Shown: piece after piece, positions 39,656-49,205 of the stretch
Layout of the letters: every line of letters begins with the position of its first letter
Position numbering within the stretch: position 1 is the first letter of the stretch
DNA from: an uncultured bacterium
Lineage (GTDB): Bacteria > Oederibacteriota > Oederibacteriia > Oederibacteriales > Oederibacteriaceae
DNA length: 64,000 bases
Direction: 5' to 3'
Assembly (NCBI GenBank): GCA_965112635.1
Contig: OZ218778.1
Location: forward strand, 352,001-416,000
The notes under the pieces: generated by a model
The model's database searches: none
Told to the model about the DNA's origin: nothing
Seen by the model: the letters and a program-made list of their open reading frames with translations, nothing else
Position numbers and translations under genes: made by a program

Positions 39656-40693
39656 CTATTTCAAAAGGTCATTGACCTTTACGTGCTCTTTGACCAACTT
39701 GGCCAGCTTTTCGGCCTTGTCGTGGTCATTCTTGGTCAAAAGGACATCCATCTTGTCTATCTGTTTAGCGGTCTCAAAAGTGTCAAAAGGCACCAGCAAC
39801 AGGGGAACCTGTTTGTCCATGACCTTGGCAATAATATTAGCCGGAGGCAGAATGTTGTTGGTCAAAATGATGCCCGCCACGTGTCCCTCCAGAGCGGCTA
39901 GGACTATATCGTTGCGGTCTCCGCTGGTGATGAGCAGGGTCTTATCCCTATGGAGCAGTATATCCATGAACCTGGAATCCGAGGTCATGGCTCCCACTAG
40001 GATATTTTTAATCACTTGGCCCATCATATTTTCCCCGCCCACGACCTTGGCGAAAAGGCGTTCCCCGATGTATTCCACGGTCGGGAAGGTCAATTCCGTT
40101 TCATAAGGTAGGATCCCCAGTATCTTGATCCCGGCCTTTTTCAGCTCCTCCAGGTAGGTGGTCCTAAAATCCTCTTTGTCCTGGACCTTATTGATGACCA
40201 CCCCTGCAAAATCCACCTCTTTAAAATCCACGTTCTTTTGCAGGGACAACAGGTCGTCCATCAGTTCGCTGTCGCTCCCGCTGGCCAGGATGACCAGCTT
40301 GGCCTTGAGGTATTTGGCGATGGACAGGGCGTCCAGATGCACGGACATCCCGTAGTTCATGTCCCGCCCCGCCTCCACGAACAGAACTTCCTTGCCCTTG
40401 CCGATGGTTTTGGCCAGCTCGATGACTTTTTCCCTGGTGGTCTGCTGGTCCAGCGAGAATTTCATCTTGGAATGTTCAAATCCCAGCGACATTTCCTCCG
40501 GAACCTCGGTCAGGCCCAAAAGGTTCGTGACCAGGGCGGAGTCGTAGTCCCACAGCCTTTTCTTTTTATACAGCAGACGGTCCCCGAACGGCTTCATGTA
40601 GCCGCAGCTCCTCCCGGCCGCCTTGGCCAGCCCCACGATAAAGCTCGTTTTGCCGGCGTTCGGTCTTAAGGATGCGATAACGATATGATTCAT
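39656..40693 (-). CDS. AAA_26/DRTGG protein (Pta N-terminal-like)
   Basis: AGKTSF, GYMKPFG, VGAM, ITSGDRNDI. Confidence 0.88.
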   Translation of the reverse strand: MNHIVIASLRPNAGKTSFIVGLAKAAGRSCGYMKPFGDRLLYKKKRLWDYDSALVTNLLGLTEVPEEMSLGFEHSKMKFSLDQQTTREKVIELAKTIGKGKEVLFVEAGRDMNYGMSVHLDALSIAKYLKAKLVILASGSDSELMDDLLSLQKNVDFKEVDFAGVVINKVQDKEDFRTTYLEELKKAGIKILGILPYETELTFPTVEYIGERLFAKVVGGENMMGQVIKNILVGAMTSDSRFMDILLHRDKTLLITSGDRNDIVLAALEGHVAGIILTNNILPPANIIAKVMDKQVPLLLVPFDTFETAKQIDKMDVLLTKNDHDKAEKLAKLVKEHVKVNDLLK

Positions 40694-40695
40694 AA

Positions 40696-42825
40696 CTAAC
40701 CCTGCCTCTCTGAAAGCATGACCCTAACATCGACGGCCCGCGAGCCCTGCCCCTGTTCGTAAACCACCAGGGGGTTGATCTCGATGTCGGAGATGCTTTC
40801 GCATTGTGTGATGATGGTGCTGATCTTCATGATGATTTCGATGACGCTGTCCAAGTCTTTTTGTTCCTCGCCCCGGACACCCAGCAAAAGCTTGTAGGAT
40901 TTGATCTGCTGGATCATGCTCAACGCTTCCCTGCGGTTCATGGGCACGGAGCGGAACGCCACGTCGTGCATGACCTCCACATAGATTCCGCCCTGGCCGC
41001 ACATGACGATGGGACCCAGCGACCTGTCTCGTTTGGCGCCTACGATGAGTTCCACGCCCGGCAGGACCATTTCGGCCACCTCGACCCCGTCGATCCTGGC
41101 GTCCGGCTTGAAATTTCTGCAATTGTGAAGGATAGCCTGGTAGGCGTCGATCACCTCGTTCTTGTTATTAAGATCAAGGGCCACGCCTCCAGCATCGCTT
41201 TTGTGGAGGATATCACGGGAAACCACTTTTAAAACCACGGGATATCCGATGCCCTCGCTGAGCCTGACCGCCTCTTCCAGATTTTTGGCGATGGCGCTCT
41301 TGGGAAACCCAATCCCTGCAGCTTTAAGGACCTCTTGTCCTTCATTGGCCAGGAGAAAGTTGCGCTTATCTTGGCGGGCCTTTTCCACGATATTTGTGAT
41401 CCCCTGGGCATCAATGGGGACTTCTTCTGCTTGGTCCCTGCTCTCTTTAATGTAGTGGTAGTACCTGTAAAGGGCTCCCAGGCAATAAACACCGTCATAG
41501 ACATCGGTGAAAGCGTGAATATTCTTTACCCTCAGCTCATCCACGCACCGGTCCGCATCCTCCCCTCCAAAGAGGGAGACCAGGAAGGGCTTGTTTCTTT
41601 CCAGGCACAACGCGCTGTTCTTCTGGACAATCCTGCTGAACTCGTTCATATCCAGGACGGCGGTCTCGCAATACAGGGCCATGACAGCGTGGATATTCTC
41701 GTTTTTCAAGACGACCGACAAAGCGGCGTTGTAATCCTGGGGGTTGGCCGCACCAGTGAGGTCAATGGGGTTTTTCGCCGACCCAAAATCCTGGATGATC
41801 TTACCGAACATCTCTTTGAGGGCCTGGGAATTGTCATACAGCTTGACGTTGTACTTTTCACAGGCGTCCGTAGCCATCACGCCAATCCCTCCCCCGTTGG
41901 TCACGATGAGCGTATTTTCCCCTTTGGGCATGGGGACGTTGGAAAAGAACTTGCACAAGTTGATGGCTTGCTGGAAATTTTCAGCCCGCATCACGCCGCA
42001 TTGCCTGATGACATCGTCAAAAATATCGTCGGACCCGGCCAAAGCCCCGGTATGCGAAGCCGCCGCGATGGCCCCTCTTTTTGATCTGCCTGACTTGATG
42101 ACCACCACGGGCTTGACCTTGGTCGCGGCCCTCAAAACCTGGATCAATCTCTGCCCGTTACTGATGCCCTCCATATAAAGCATGATGACCTTGGTGGATT
42201 CGTCTTTGACCAGGTATTCCAGGAGGTCCGCTTCGTCGATATCGGATTTATTTCCCACGGAAATGATGGCCGAGGCGCCCATATGTTCCACCCAGGTCTT
42301 GCCGATCATCCCTATCCCCAGGGCTCCGCTCTGGGTGATGATGGCGACCACGCCCCGGGAGACTTTACTGGGGCCAAAGGTGGCATTGAGGGAGGTCTTG
42401 GCGGAGTAGACCCCGAAAATATTGGGTCCGATGATGCGCATCCCGTGTTCCCGGGCGAACTGAACGATAGCCTGCTCTTCTTTATTGTTCCCTATCTCCG
42501 AAAACCCCGAGGAGATCACGGGGATGAATTTCGCTTTTTTCTTGGCGCACTCCTGGACGGCCCCCATGACCAGCTGAGCGGGAAGGACGATGATAGCCAC
42601 ATCGATATCACCCGGCGCCTCCTGCAGGCTCTTGTACATAGGAAGCCCAAGGACTTCCCCGCCTTTGGGGTTGATGGGAAAGACTTTGCCGGCATATCCT
42701 CCTCCCAGGATATTGGACACGATCTTGTAGCCTATTTTCTCCTGGCTGGCCGAAGCTCCGATGACGGCCACGGACTGTGGCTCAAAAAGGATTTTGATAT
42801 CGGGCATTTGTTTCTCAGCGCTCAT
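40696..42825 (-). CDS. ADP-forming acyl-CoA ligase (fused alpha/beta)
   Basis: VAVIGAS, QSGALG, SHTGALAG (phospho-His), GYPVVLK, HKSDAGGV, EINPL. Confidence 0.92.
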   Translation of the reverse strand: MSAEKQMPDIKILFEPQSVAVIGASASQEKIGYKIVSNILGGGYAGKVFPINPKGGEVLGLPMYKSLQEAPGDIDVAIIVLPAQLVMGAVQECAKKKAKFIPVISSGFSEIGNNKEEQAIVQFAREHGMRIIGPNIFGVYSAKTSLNATFGPSKVSRGVVAIITQSGALGIGMIGKTWVEHMGASAIISVGNKSDIDEADLLEYLVKDESTKVIMLYMEGISNGQRLIQVLRAATKVKPVVVIKSGRSKRGAIAAASHTGALAGSDDIFDDVIRQCGVMRAENFQQAINLCKFFSNVPMPKGENTLIVTNGGGIGVMATDACEKYNVKLYDNSQALKEMFGKIIQDFGSAKNPIDLTGAANPQDYNAALSVVLKNENIHAVMALYCETAVLDMNEFSRIVQKNSALCLERNKPFLVSLFGGEDADRCVDELRVKNIHAFTDVYDGVYCLGALYRYYHYIKESRDQAEEVPIDAQGITNIVEKARQDKRNFLLANEGQEVLKAAGIGFPKSAIAKNLEEAVRLSEGIGYPVVLKVVSRDILHKSDAGGVALDLNNKNEVIDAYQAILHNCRNFKPDARIDGVEVAEMVLPGVELIVGAKRDRSLGPIVMCGQGGIYVEVMHDVAFRSVPMNRREALSMIQQIKSYKLLLGVRGEEQKDLDSVIEIIMKISTIITQCESISDIEINPLVVYEQGQGSRAVDVRVMLSERQG

Positions 42826-44726
42826 GACTTTTTAAACACCATTTTCAGCTCCACCACTCCGCCGTCCTTTTTCCTGTGGATATCAAAGCCCATTTTCTCA
42901 AAAAGGTACAGCATGGCCGTGTTGTCCTCAAAAACCTGGGCGGTAAATCCCAAAAGGCCGATCTTTTTGGCTAGTTGGGTGAGGTATTGGAGAAGTTCCG
43001 TGCCTATCCCCTTGTTCTGTAGGTCGTCTTTGACAGCAAAGGAAACCTCAGCCGAGTGGCGCCCCTCCTCGATGCCGTACTGCCCGACCCCCAAGACCAA
43101 TTCCTTGCCTCCTTGCTCGGTCGTAGCGAGGATCACCATTTCCTTGGTGTAGTCGATAATGACGAACTCCTGCAGCCTCTCGTGGTGCATGTCCCTGCGG
43201 ACCGACATGAAACGCCGGTACATGCTCTGGTCCGAAAGGGAGTAGAAAAAATCCTTAAGCAGGGCTTCGTCGCTGATCTTGACCGGCCTCAAAAGGATGG
43301 TCAATCCCTCTTCAGTGGTGCGGTAGGTCTCCAGACTCTCCGGGTATTCTCCCCTTTTACCGGGTATGAAGGCCTGGTCCTTGTAGATCAGTCCGCCGTT
43401 CTTAGCCTCGGTAATGAGCCAGGGCCTGAACTTGGGGTGCGCGATGGCAATGATGTCCATGGCGCGTTCCCTGATGTTCTTGCCGTGCAAATAAGCGATG
43501 CCGTATTCGGTCACCACATAATGGATGTCCCCGCGGGTCAGGGTGGTGCCGGCCCCCTCGGCCAGAAACGGCACGATCCTGGATACTTCTCCATTCTCTG
43601 CCGTGGACTGGATGGCTAGGATGGTTTTCCCGCCTTTGGACAGCACCGCCCCGCGCATAAAATCCGCCTGGCCGCCGATGCCGCTGTAAAATCTTTTTCC
43701 CAGCGATTCGGCCGTGGCCTGGCCTGTCAAATCCAGCTGCAGGGCGCTGTTGATGGCCGCCATATTGTCTATCTGTGCGATGGTCAGTGGGTTATTGGTA
43801 TAATCCACGGTCCTGAACTCAATGCTGGGATTGTCGTTGATGAAGTCATAGGTGCTTTTCTTGCCCATGCAAAAGGTCGCCACGGTCTTGCCCCGGTTGA
43901 TTGTTTTCAGGCTGTTGTCCACCACACCGGCCTGGATCAGCCCGGCAATACCGTCGCTCAAAAGCTCGGTATGCACACCCAGATGTTTCTTGTCTTTGAG
44001 ATTTTCCAAGATGGCGTTGGGCAGGCTGCCGTATCCGACCTGTATGGTATCACCGTCCTCGATGAGCTGGGCCACATAGCTCCCGATCCGCTGGCTGATC
44101 TCTCCGGTCACCGCGTCCCCGTATTCCAGCAAAGGCTCATCGTGGTGTATCAGGTAATCTATATCCTGGATGTTCAAAAAGGTGTTGCCGTGCACCCGGG
44201 GCATGGAACTGTTGATCTGGGCAATGATCACCTCGGCGTTCTCCACGGCGGCCTTGGTGATGTCCACGCTGACTCCCAGGCTCACGTAACCGTGCTCATC
44301 CGGCAACGAAACCTGGATCAGCGCCACGTCCACGGGGATCATTTTACTGGCAAAAAGATCGGGCACCTTGGAAAGGAAAACCGGGGTATAGTCAGCCATC
44401 CCTTTATTTACGGCGTCACGCGTTTCGTTGGCGCTGATGAAAAAAGAGTTATGCCGGAAGTTCTCTTTGAACTTTTCCTGGGCATAGGGTGCCACCCCCA
44501 GGGTCCATACCTGCAGGACCTCAGCGTCAAAAAAAGCTTTGGGGTGACCCTCAACATAACGAATGAGCGCCTGCACCAGGTACTGGGGCTCTCCGCAGGC
44601 TGTTCCCACGAAGATCCTGTCCCCGGCGTGGATATGCTTGAAAATGGCTTCTTCCGGAAGGAATTTATCTTTAAATTTTTCCATGATGCTCTTTAAAACA
44701 TCTTGTGCCACGGCCGCAAATCCCAT
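42822..44726 (-). CDS. Acetyl-CoA hydrolase/CoA-transferase fused to a C-terminal GNAT domain
   Basis: GVHTEL (catalytic Glu), SGIGGQADFMRGA, VVTEYG. GNAT motif QNKGIGTELL. Confidence 0.9.
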   Translation of the reverse strand: MGFAAVAQDVLKSIMEKFKDKFLPEEAIFKHIHAGDRIFVGTACGEPQYLVQALIRYVEGHPKAFFDAEVLQVWTLGVAPYAQEKFKENFRHNSFFISANETRDAVNKGMADYTPVFLSKVPDLFASKMIPVDVALIQVSLPDEHGYVSLGVSVDITKAAVENAEVIIAQINSSMPRVHGNTFLNIQDIDYLIHHDEPLLEYGDAVTGEISQRIGSYVAQLIEDGDTIQVGYGSLPNAILENLKDKKHLGVHTELLSDGIAGLIQAGVVDNSLKTINRGKTVATFCMGKKSTYDFINDNPSIEFRTVDYTNNPLTIAQIDNMAAINSALQLDLTGQATAESLGKRFYSGIGGQADFMRGAVLSKGGKTILAIQSTAENGEVSRIVPFLAEGAGTTLTRGDIHYVVTEYGIAYLHGKNIRERAMDIIAIAHPKFRPWLITEAKNGGLIYKDQAFIPGKRGEYPESLETYRTTEEGLTILLRPVKISDEALLKDFFYSLSDQSMYRRFMSVRRDMHHERLQEFVIIDYTKEMVILATTEQGGKELVLGVGQYGIEEGRHSAEVSFAVKDDLQNKGIGTELLQYLTQLAKKIGLLGFTAQVFEDNTAMLYLFEKMGFDIHRKKDGGVVELKMVFKKS

Positions 44727-44806
44727 TTAGAAAAGTATTTGGATAAAACAGGTGTGTTTTCCTGAATTGAATATCAATATTATAACATGACTGGCAAAAA
44801 ATTTGG

Positions 44807-45576
44807 TTAAGGGGTTGTTACCGGGGTAGAATTGGCATCTGTTTTTGGTGTTGCCTCGATGGGCAAAGTAAAATATCTCCGATAATAATCCACAACATTG
44901 ATAACGCCTCTATCTATCCAACCGTTTTTATAACTAGTTAAGAAGGTAATCCTCATTCCAGTTTCTGGATTTGATGGGAAAAAATCCTCGTCACTGGTTG
45001 GATATATTTCATCTTTCCAGCCGCTATCATCAAAATCCACTTCACGCCAATTTTTTGGACCCAGTTCATCGTAGTATCGAAGTGGCTCCATCCTATGATT
45101 GGCAATATCATCCCTGGTCAAATACCCCAGTGTGGAATCAGCGCTATTTGTCCATTGCAAAACAATATTTGTTTCAGGGTTATGCAATAGCTTGGTATTA
45201 TCAATCGAATCTTCCTCGTTAGTGAAATATATCTTTTTGTCGTCATCTAGAACCACAGCAAGTAAATATTGCACATCGATAACTGGGCCTTCGGATTCAT
45301 TGTGAGAGTTTTTTAAGGACAAAACATTCTTATCTAGAAAAAATTCTGAAGGAATGCTTTTAGCATAGGTGGTTACAGAATTATAAGAACAGATCAATTT
45401 CATAGCCCGGGCCGTCTGGGTGACCCAGGTATAGACTGGATGTCCATTGAGCCAAGCTTCTCCGTTGTTACCACAAACAACAATCCAGGCATTCTGGATT
45501 TTAGTAGCTCCACAAAAAACTGTGGAAAGTAAAACAAAGCAAAAGATTAACAAACCGAAATATCCTTTTTATTCAT
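44807..45576 (-). CDS. Secreted beta-sandwich protein, paralog B, with a 5' frameshift
   Basis: Paralog of 45613-46398. The SD-preceded ATG 45576 is 1 nt out of frame with the main ORF, which is open from TTG 45553. Confidence 0.65.
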
Positions 45577-45612
45577 TTCAAAGTTCCCTTCAACAAAATA
45601 GTTTTCCTCAGC

Positions 45613-46398
45613 CTAAGGGGTTGTTATCGGGACAGGATTGGGGTCTGTTTTCGGCGTTGCCTCGATGGGCAAATTTAAAGACCTGCGGTAATAGTCGATG
45701 ACATTGAGAACCCCTTTGTCGATTAAACCATCCTTAAAGCTCGAGACAGCGCCGACACCCATGCTAGTATCCGGGTTGATGATGTTAAGTTGCGGGGGAA
45801 CGACATAAATAGTGTCCTTCCAACCAGTATCATCAAAATCACTTTCTTGCCAATTTTTCGGTCCAAGCTCCTCAAAATCCCGAAAAGGTTCCATCCTTTG
45901 GTTGGTAATATCCTCGTTGGTCAAATAGCCCAAGGTGGCCACTTTTTCGTTCGTCCAGAATAAATTGATGTTGTTGTCGGGTTGATGCAGGAGCTTGGTA
46001 TCGTCTACCGAAGCATCGTCACTGCCAAAATACAATGTTTTGCCGTTATCCAGCACAACACCCATAAAATATTGCAACTGTATATCTCCCGGCGATATGG
46101 TTACATGGCAGAAATTTTTAATACATAAGATATTTTTTTCTGAAAAAAAATCCGGCGAAATACTTTTGGCAGTGGTCGTAACGGGGGTAAGTGGAGGATA
46201 TTCGATCCGGGCTGTTTGGGTGACCCAGGTCCATACCGGATGACCGTTGAGCCAGGCTTCCGCTCCATCTCCAATAAAAAGGATCCAGGCATCCTGAACT
46301 TTAGCCGCCCCACAATTCCCCGCGCAGAGCATGGCCAAGCAAAAGATTACCAACCCGACGTAACTGAGTTTTCCTGCCACAGTACAACGAGCCATCAT
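45613..46398 (-). CDS. Secreted beta-sandwich protein, paralog A
   Basis: Signal peptide, AEAWLNG...GPKNWQESDFDDTGW...DYYRR, AGGAGG before ATG 46398/46395. Confidence 0.7.
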   Translation of the reverse strand: MMARCTVAGKLSYVGLVIFCLAMLCAGNCGAAKVQDAWILFIGDGAEAWLNGHPVWTWVTQTARIEYPPLTPVTTTAKSISPDFFSEKNILCIKNFCHVTISPGDIQLQYFMGVVLDNGKTLYFGSDDASVDDTKLLHQPDNNINLFWTNEKVATLGYLTNEDITNQRMEPFRDFEELGPKNWQESDFDDTGWKDTIYVVPPQLNIINPDTSMGVGAVSSFKDGLIDKGVLNVIDYYRRSLNLPIEATPKTDPNPVPITTP

Positions 46399-46501
46399 TG
46401 CCCTCCTTGGCCACTTTTGACCATCTTTCAATAATTCTACGCTCTTTCTCCCGCTGGTCAAATTTAGTACAATAGTGGCGTTTAAATCATGAGGAGGGAT
46501 T

Positions 46502-46813
46502 ATGGCTGAAAAGGAATATCAATCAAGGCTGGAAAAAACCGGCCGCAACGACCCTTGCCCCTGCGGTTCAGGGAAGAAATACAAAAAGTGCCACCTGGCT
46601 GAGGATGAGGAAAAAAACCGCCAGGACCGAGCCAAAGCCGATATTGCGGTGAAACCCATCCCCCAGGGTGAAGAAACAGAAAAAGAAGAAGTGCAGAATA
46701 TCCCGCCTGAGGCTGTTCACCATAAAAAAGAAAACCTCCAGCACGGCCCCCAACCCTCCCATGGAGGGGCGGCCCGTCAGGTCAACGCTCCCCGCCGCAC
46801 CGGCGGAGGTTAG
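46502..46813 (+). CDS. SEC-C motif protein
   Basis: [18 protein letters not shown], strong SD. Confidence 0.85.
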   Translation: MAEKEYQSRLEKTGRNDPCPCGSGKKYKKCHLAEDEEKNRQDRAKADIAVKPIPQGEETEKEEVQNIPPEAVHHKKENLQHGPQPSHGGAARQVNAPRRTGGG

Positions 46814-46839
46814 TCCCCTAGCGGAACAACCAGCTGCCA

Positions 46840-46868
46840 TTGACATTAGAAGTGCGCCCGAGTATGAT
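46840..46868 (+). promoter_or_regulatory. Sigma70 promoter of the APC-PII gene
   Basis: TTGACA-N17-TATGAT. Confidence 0.8.
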
Positions 46869-46874
46869 TCAGAT

Positions 46875-46951
46875 ATATTCAAAGTTGAATATTGGTGTCA
46901 CTGGCAAAGCAGCCTTGGTTCCGGATCAATGGACCAAGGTTTTTTGTTTTT
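46875..46951 (+). ncRNA. ANTAR-type dual-hairpin antitermination element with terminator
   Basis: P1 ATATTC-AAAGTT-GAATAT and P2 GGC-AAAGCA-GCC, both hexaloops with A1/G4 and a C-G closing pair. P2 overlaps the 5' arm of terminator GCCTTGGT...ACCAAGGT-TTTTT. Confidence 0.75.
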
Positions 46952-47007
46952 TAGGACAGATACGCTTTCTGCAGCCCTGCCCGACGATGCGGCAGGACTA
47001 ATTTTCA

Positions 47008-47095
47008 AACGGCGATGCGGTCCGTGATGATCTCCAGACCAAGACGACGGCGTCTCTTTGGCTATGCGGCCAAGCAGGCGCCGTTTTTGCTTTTG
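47008..47095 (+). terminator. Second leader terminator with ANTAR-like variant hairpins
   Basis: GGC-GATGCG-GTC and GAC-GACGGC-GTC hexaloops. The latter overlaps terminator ACGGCGTCT...AGGCGCCGT-TTTTGCTTTT. Confidence 0.55.
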
Positions 47096-47162
47096 GCGTC
47101 TAAGTCCCCGGGTTTCTCAAGGGAATGACGGGCCCAATAACTTTAGACGAGGAGAGATGATT

Positions 47163-49103
47163 ATGCCGTTGAAAATAGATAGAACTTTTATAGCTTCCAA
47201 CAAAACAAGCTCCCAAACGGTTGTACCAAAACTGGGCCTGCTAGGGGCCTCCATGAATGCCATGGCCCTGATCGCGCCTGGAGCATTCCTGTGGATCACT
47301 TATCAGATACAGGCCGCGGCCACGCTTCCCAGCGGCATTTCCTGCGCCAACGATATGTGGGGCGGGATCGTAGTAGCCCTGGTTCTGGCTTTCCTGACCG
47401 CTCTGTCTTACGCCGAACTGGCGAGGATCTATCCCGAGGCGGGTTTTGCCAGCTGCGTTTATTTTGCGGAAAAGGCTTTTTTGGATGCCCAAGGAATAAA
47501 GCGCGCGGGATCAGCCTCTCTGGCCCGCATCTCCAAACTGGCCACCGGCTGGGCCGCCCATTTGTTCTACTGGGTCTATCCTGGGGTCATGGTGGCTTTT
47601 ATGGCGACCATGATCGGTTATATCTGGCAGGCTTTTGGCGGCACAGCTTTACCTACATGGGAACTGACCGTGATCGCTGTGGTCTTTGCCTTCGGGGTCG
47701 GCTATATCGCCTACAGGGGCGTGCAGGGTTCCACCGCCACCAATATCTGGGTCAACATCATCCAGTGGGCCGCTTTGGTCATTTTCAGCCTGCTGGCCAT
47801 TGCCTATCGCTTCAATAACCCGGAGCACGCAGCCAGCTGGTCCTTTAGCGGCGCTTTTGACATCGTGAAATTCCATTCCATCCAGGGCGTGCTGGTCCAG
47901 TCCACCATCGCCATCCTCATCCTGGTGGGTTTTGAAAGCTGCACTTCCCTTGCCGCCGAGACTAAAACACCTGAGAAAACACTGCCTAAAGCCATACTGC
48001 TAGCTCTAGGCATCCAGGGTTTGCTCGCTTATTTATTCGAGTATTTCTGCGCCAACCTCGTGGTCAGCGAAAAGCTGACGGGCACCCTCACTATGCCGGC
48101 AGTCGCCGCCACGGCCACAACCCACGCGGTAGTGGCCTCTACCAAAGTCGTCACCGGCCTGGATGCCATGGCTGTTTCCAGCGCACCCATCGGCGATATG
48201 GCCCTGACCATCGGCAACCACCTTTTGGGCGGGCTTGGGTTTGCCCTCATGATCTCCATGGCCGTGACCGTGGCCATCGCCGTCATCGGCACCACTTTGA
48301 GCTGTATCAACACCGCGGTCCGCGTCACCAACGGCATGGCCCAGGACCGGGAACTGCCCCGGCTCCTGCGTTTCATCCATCAGGATAATGCCACGCCGCA
48401 CACGGCCATCTGGGCCCTGGTGGTGGTTTCCTGTATCATTGCCAACATCGGCTTGCAGTCCGTGGTCGGCCTGACCGGCATCACCCTGGCCTCCAACCTT
48501 GGGACCTTCGTGCTCTACGGCCTCGTTTGCATCTGGACCTTCGTGGCTTTCCAAAACCGCCCTGACTTTAATATCCTAAAACACGGGTTGATCCCCTTGG
48601 GTGGTCTCATCCTCAACTTGGTGATGTTCGGAGGAATCATCTATCTCAATGCTGTCGGCACCACGGACAATAAGACCGAGCTGAACATTTGCCTGTACAT
48701 TGCCGGAAGCTGGGCATTGGTGAGCTTTATCTATGTCATCCTGACTACGGTCCATAAGGACTACAGCATGAAAATGATCTCGGCCATCATCCGTCCGGAC
48801 TCTTTGGACGGCCTGGTCAAAGCCCTGAATACTGAAAAACTGGTCCAAGGCATGACCGTGACCGAAGCCAGGGGGTTCGGCCGGCAGTTCGGTTCCAAAA
48901 CCAATGGCTTAGCCTCAGAGATCAAATTCCTGCCCAAGACCAGGGTGGACATCGTGGTCAATGACTGGGATGTACCGCATGTCATGGGTGTCATGCAAAA
49001 AGTCCTGAATACCGGCAATGTCGGGGACGGCAAGATATTCGTCTTTGACGCGGAAGAAACGGTCAGAGTCCGCACCGGAGAATCAGGCATACAGGCCGTT
49101 TAA
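47163..49103 (+). CDS. APC-family amino acid/amine permease fused to a C-terminal PII (GlnB-like) domain
   Basis: About 12 TM helices with APC motifs (SYAELA..YP.AG, GFES...AAE.K.PEK.LPKAI, MAQDRELP). C-terminus MKMISAIIRP...GMTVTEARGFGRQ...FLPK...TGNVGDGKIFV...RVRTGESG. Confidence 0.9.
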   Translation: MPLKIDRTFIASNKTSSQTVVPKLGLLGASMNAMALIAPGAFLWITYQIQAAATLPSGISCANDMWGGIVVALVLAFLTALSYAELARIYPEAGFASCVYFAEKAFLDAQGIKRAGSASLARISKLATGWAAHLFYWVYPGVMVAFMATMIGYIWQAFGGTALPTWELTVIAVVFAFGVGYIAYRGVQGSTATNIWVNIIQWAALVIFSLLAIAYRFNNPEHAASWSFSGAFDIVKFHSIQGVLVQSTIAILILVGFESCTSLAAETKTPEKTLPKAILLALGIQGLLAYLFEYFCANLVVSEKLTGTLTMPAVAATATTHAVVASTKVVTGLDAMAVSSAPIGDMALTIGNHLLGGLGFALMISMAVTVAIAVIGTTLSCINTAVRVTNGMAQDRELPRLLRFIHQDNATPHTAIWALVVVSCIIANIGLQSVVGLTGITLASNLGTFVLYGLVCIWTFVAFQNRPDFNILKHGLIPLGGLILNLVMFGGIIYLNAVGTTDNKTELNICLYIAGSWALVSFIYVILTTVHKDYSMKMISAIIRPDSLDGLVKALNTEKLVQGMTVTEARGFGRQFGSKTNGLASEIKFLPKTRVDIVVNDWDVPHVMGVMQKVLNTGNVGDGKIFVFDAEETVRVRTGESGIQAV

Positions 49104-49129
49104 AACTTTTTAATGGTTTTGCCTGGATC

Positions 49130-49145
49130 TTAACAGCATCTTGAT
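49130..49145 (+). promoter_or_regulatory. Putative KdpE box upstream of the outer-membrane protein gene
   Basis: TTAACAGCATCTTGAT, 15/16 identical to the box upstream of the kdp operon. Confidence 0.65.
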
Positions 49146-49205
49146 ACGCCTTTGCCATATACTCAGTTTGATGAACATCAAACTATCTAAAAAGGAGTAC
49201 TGAAT

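Noticed and set aside
46870-47150. c-di-AMP (ydaO) riboswitch, given the APC permease near kdp
   Set aside because: The conserved ydaO segments are not visible. The twin-hexaloop plus terminator layout fits ANTAR better, and the PII domain is GlnB-like rather than PstA/DarA-like.
47058-47162. N-terminal extension of the APC-PII ORF from TTG 47058 (likewise the upstream starts at 3824, 14723, 46461 and 60339)
   Set aside because: These starts overlap terminators or neighbouring genes, or lack an SD. Downstream starts with a good SD or translational coupling fit better.
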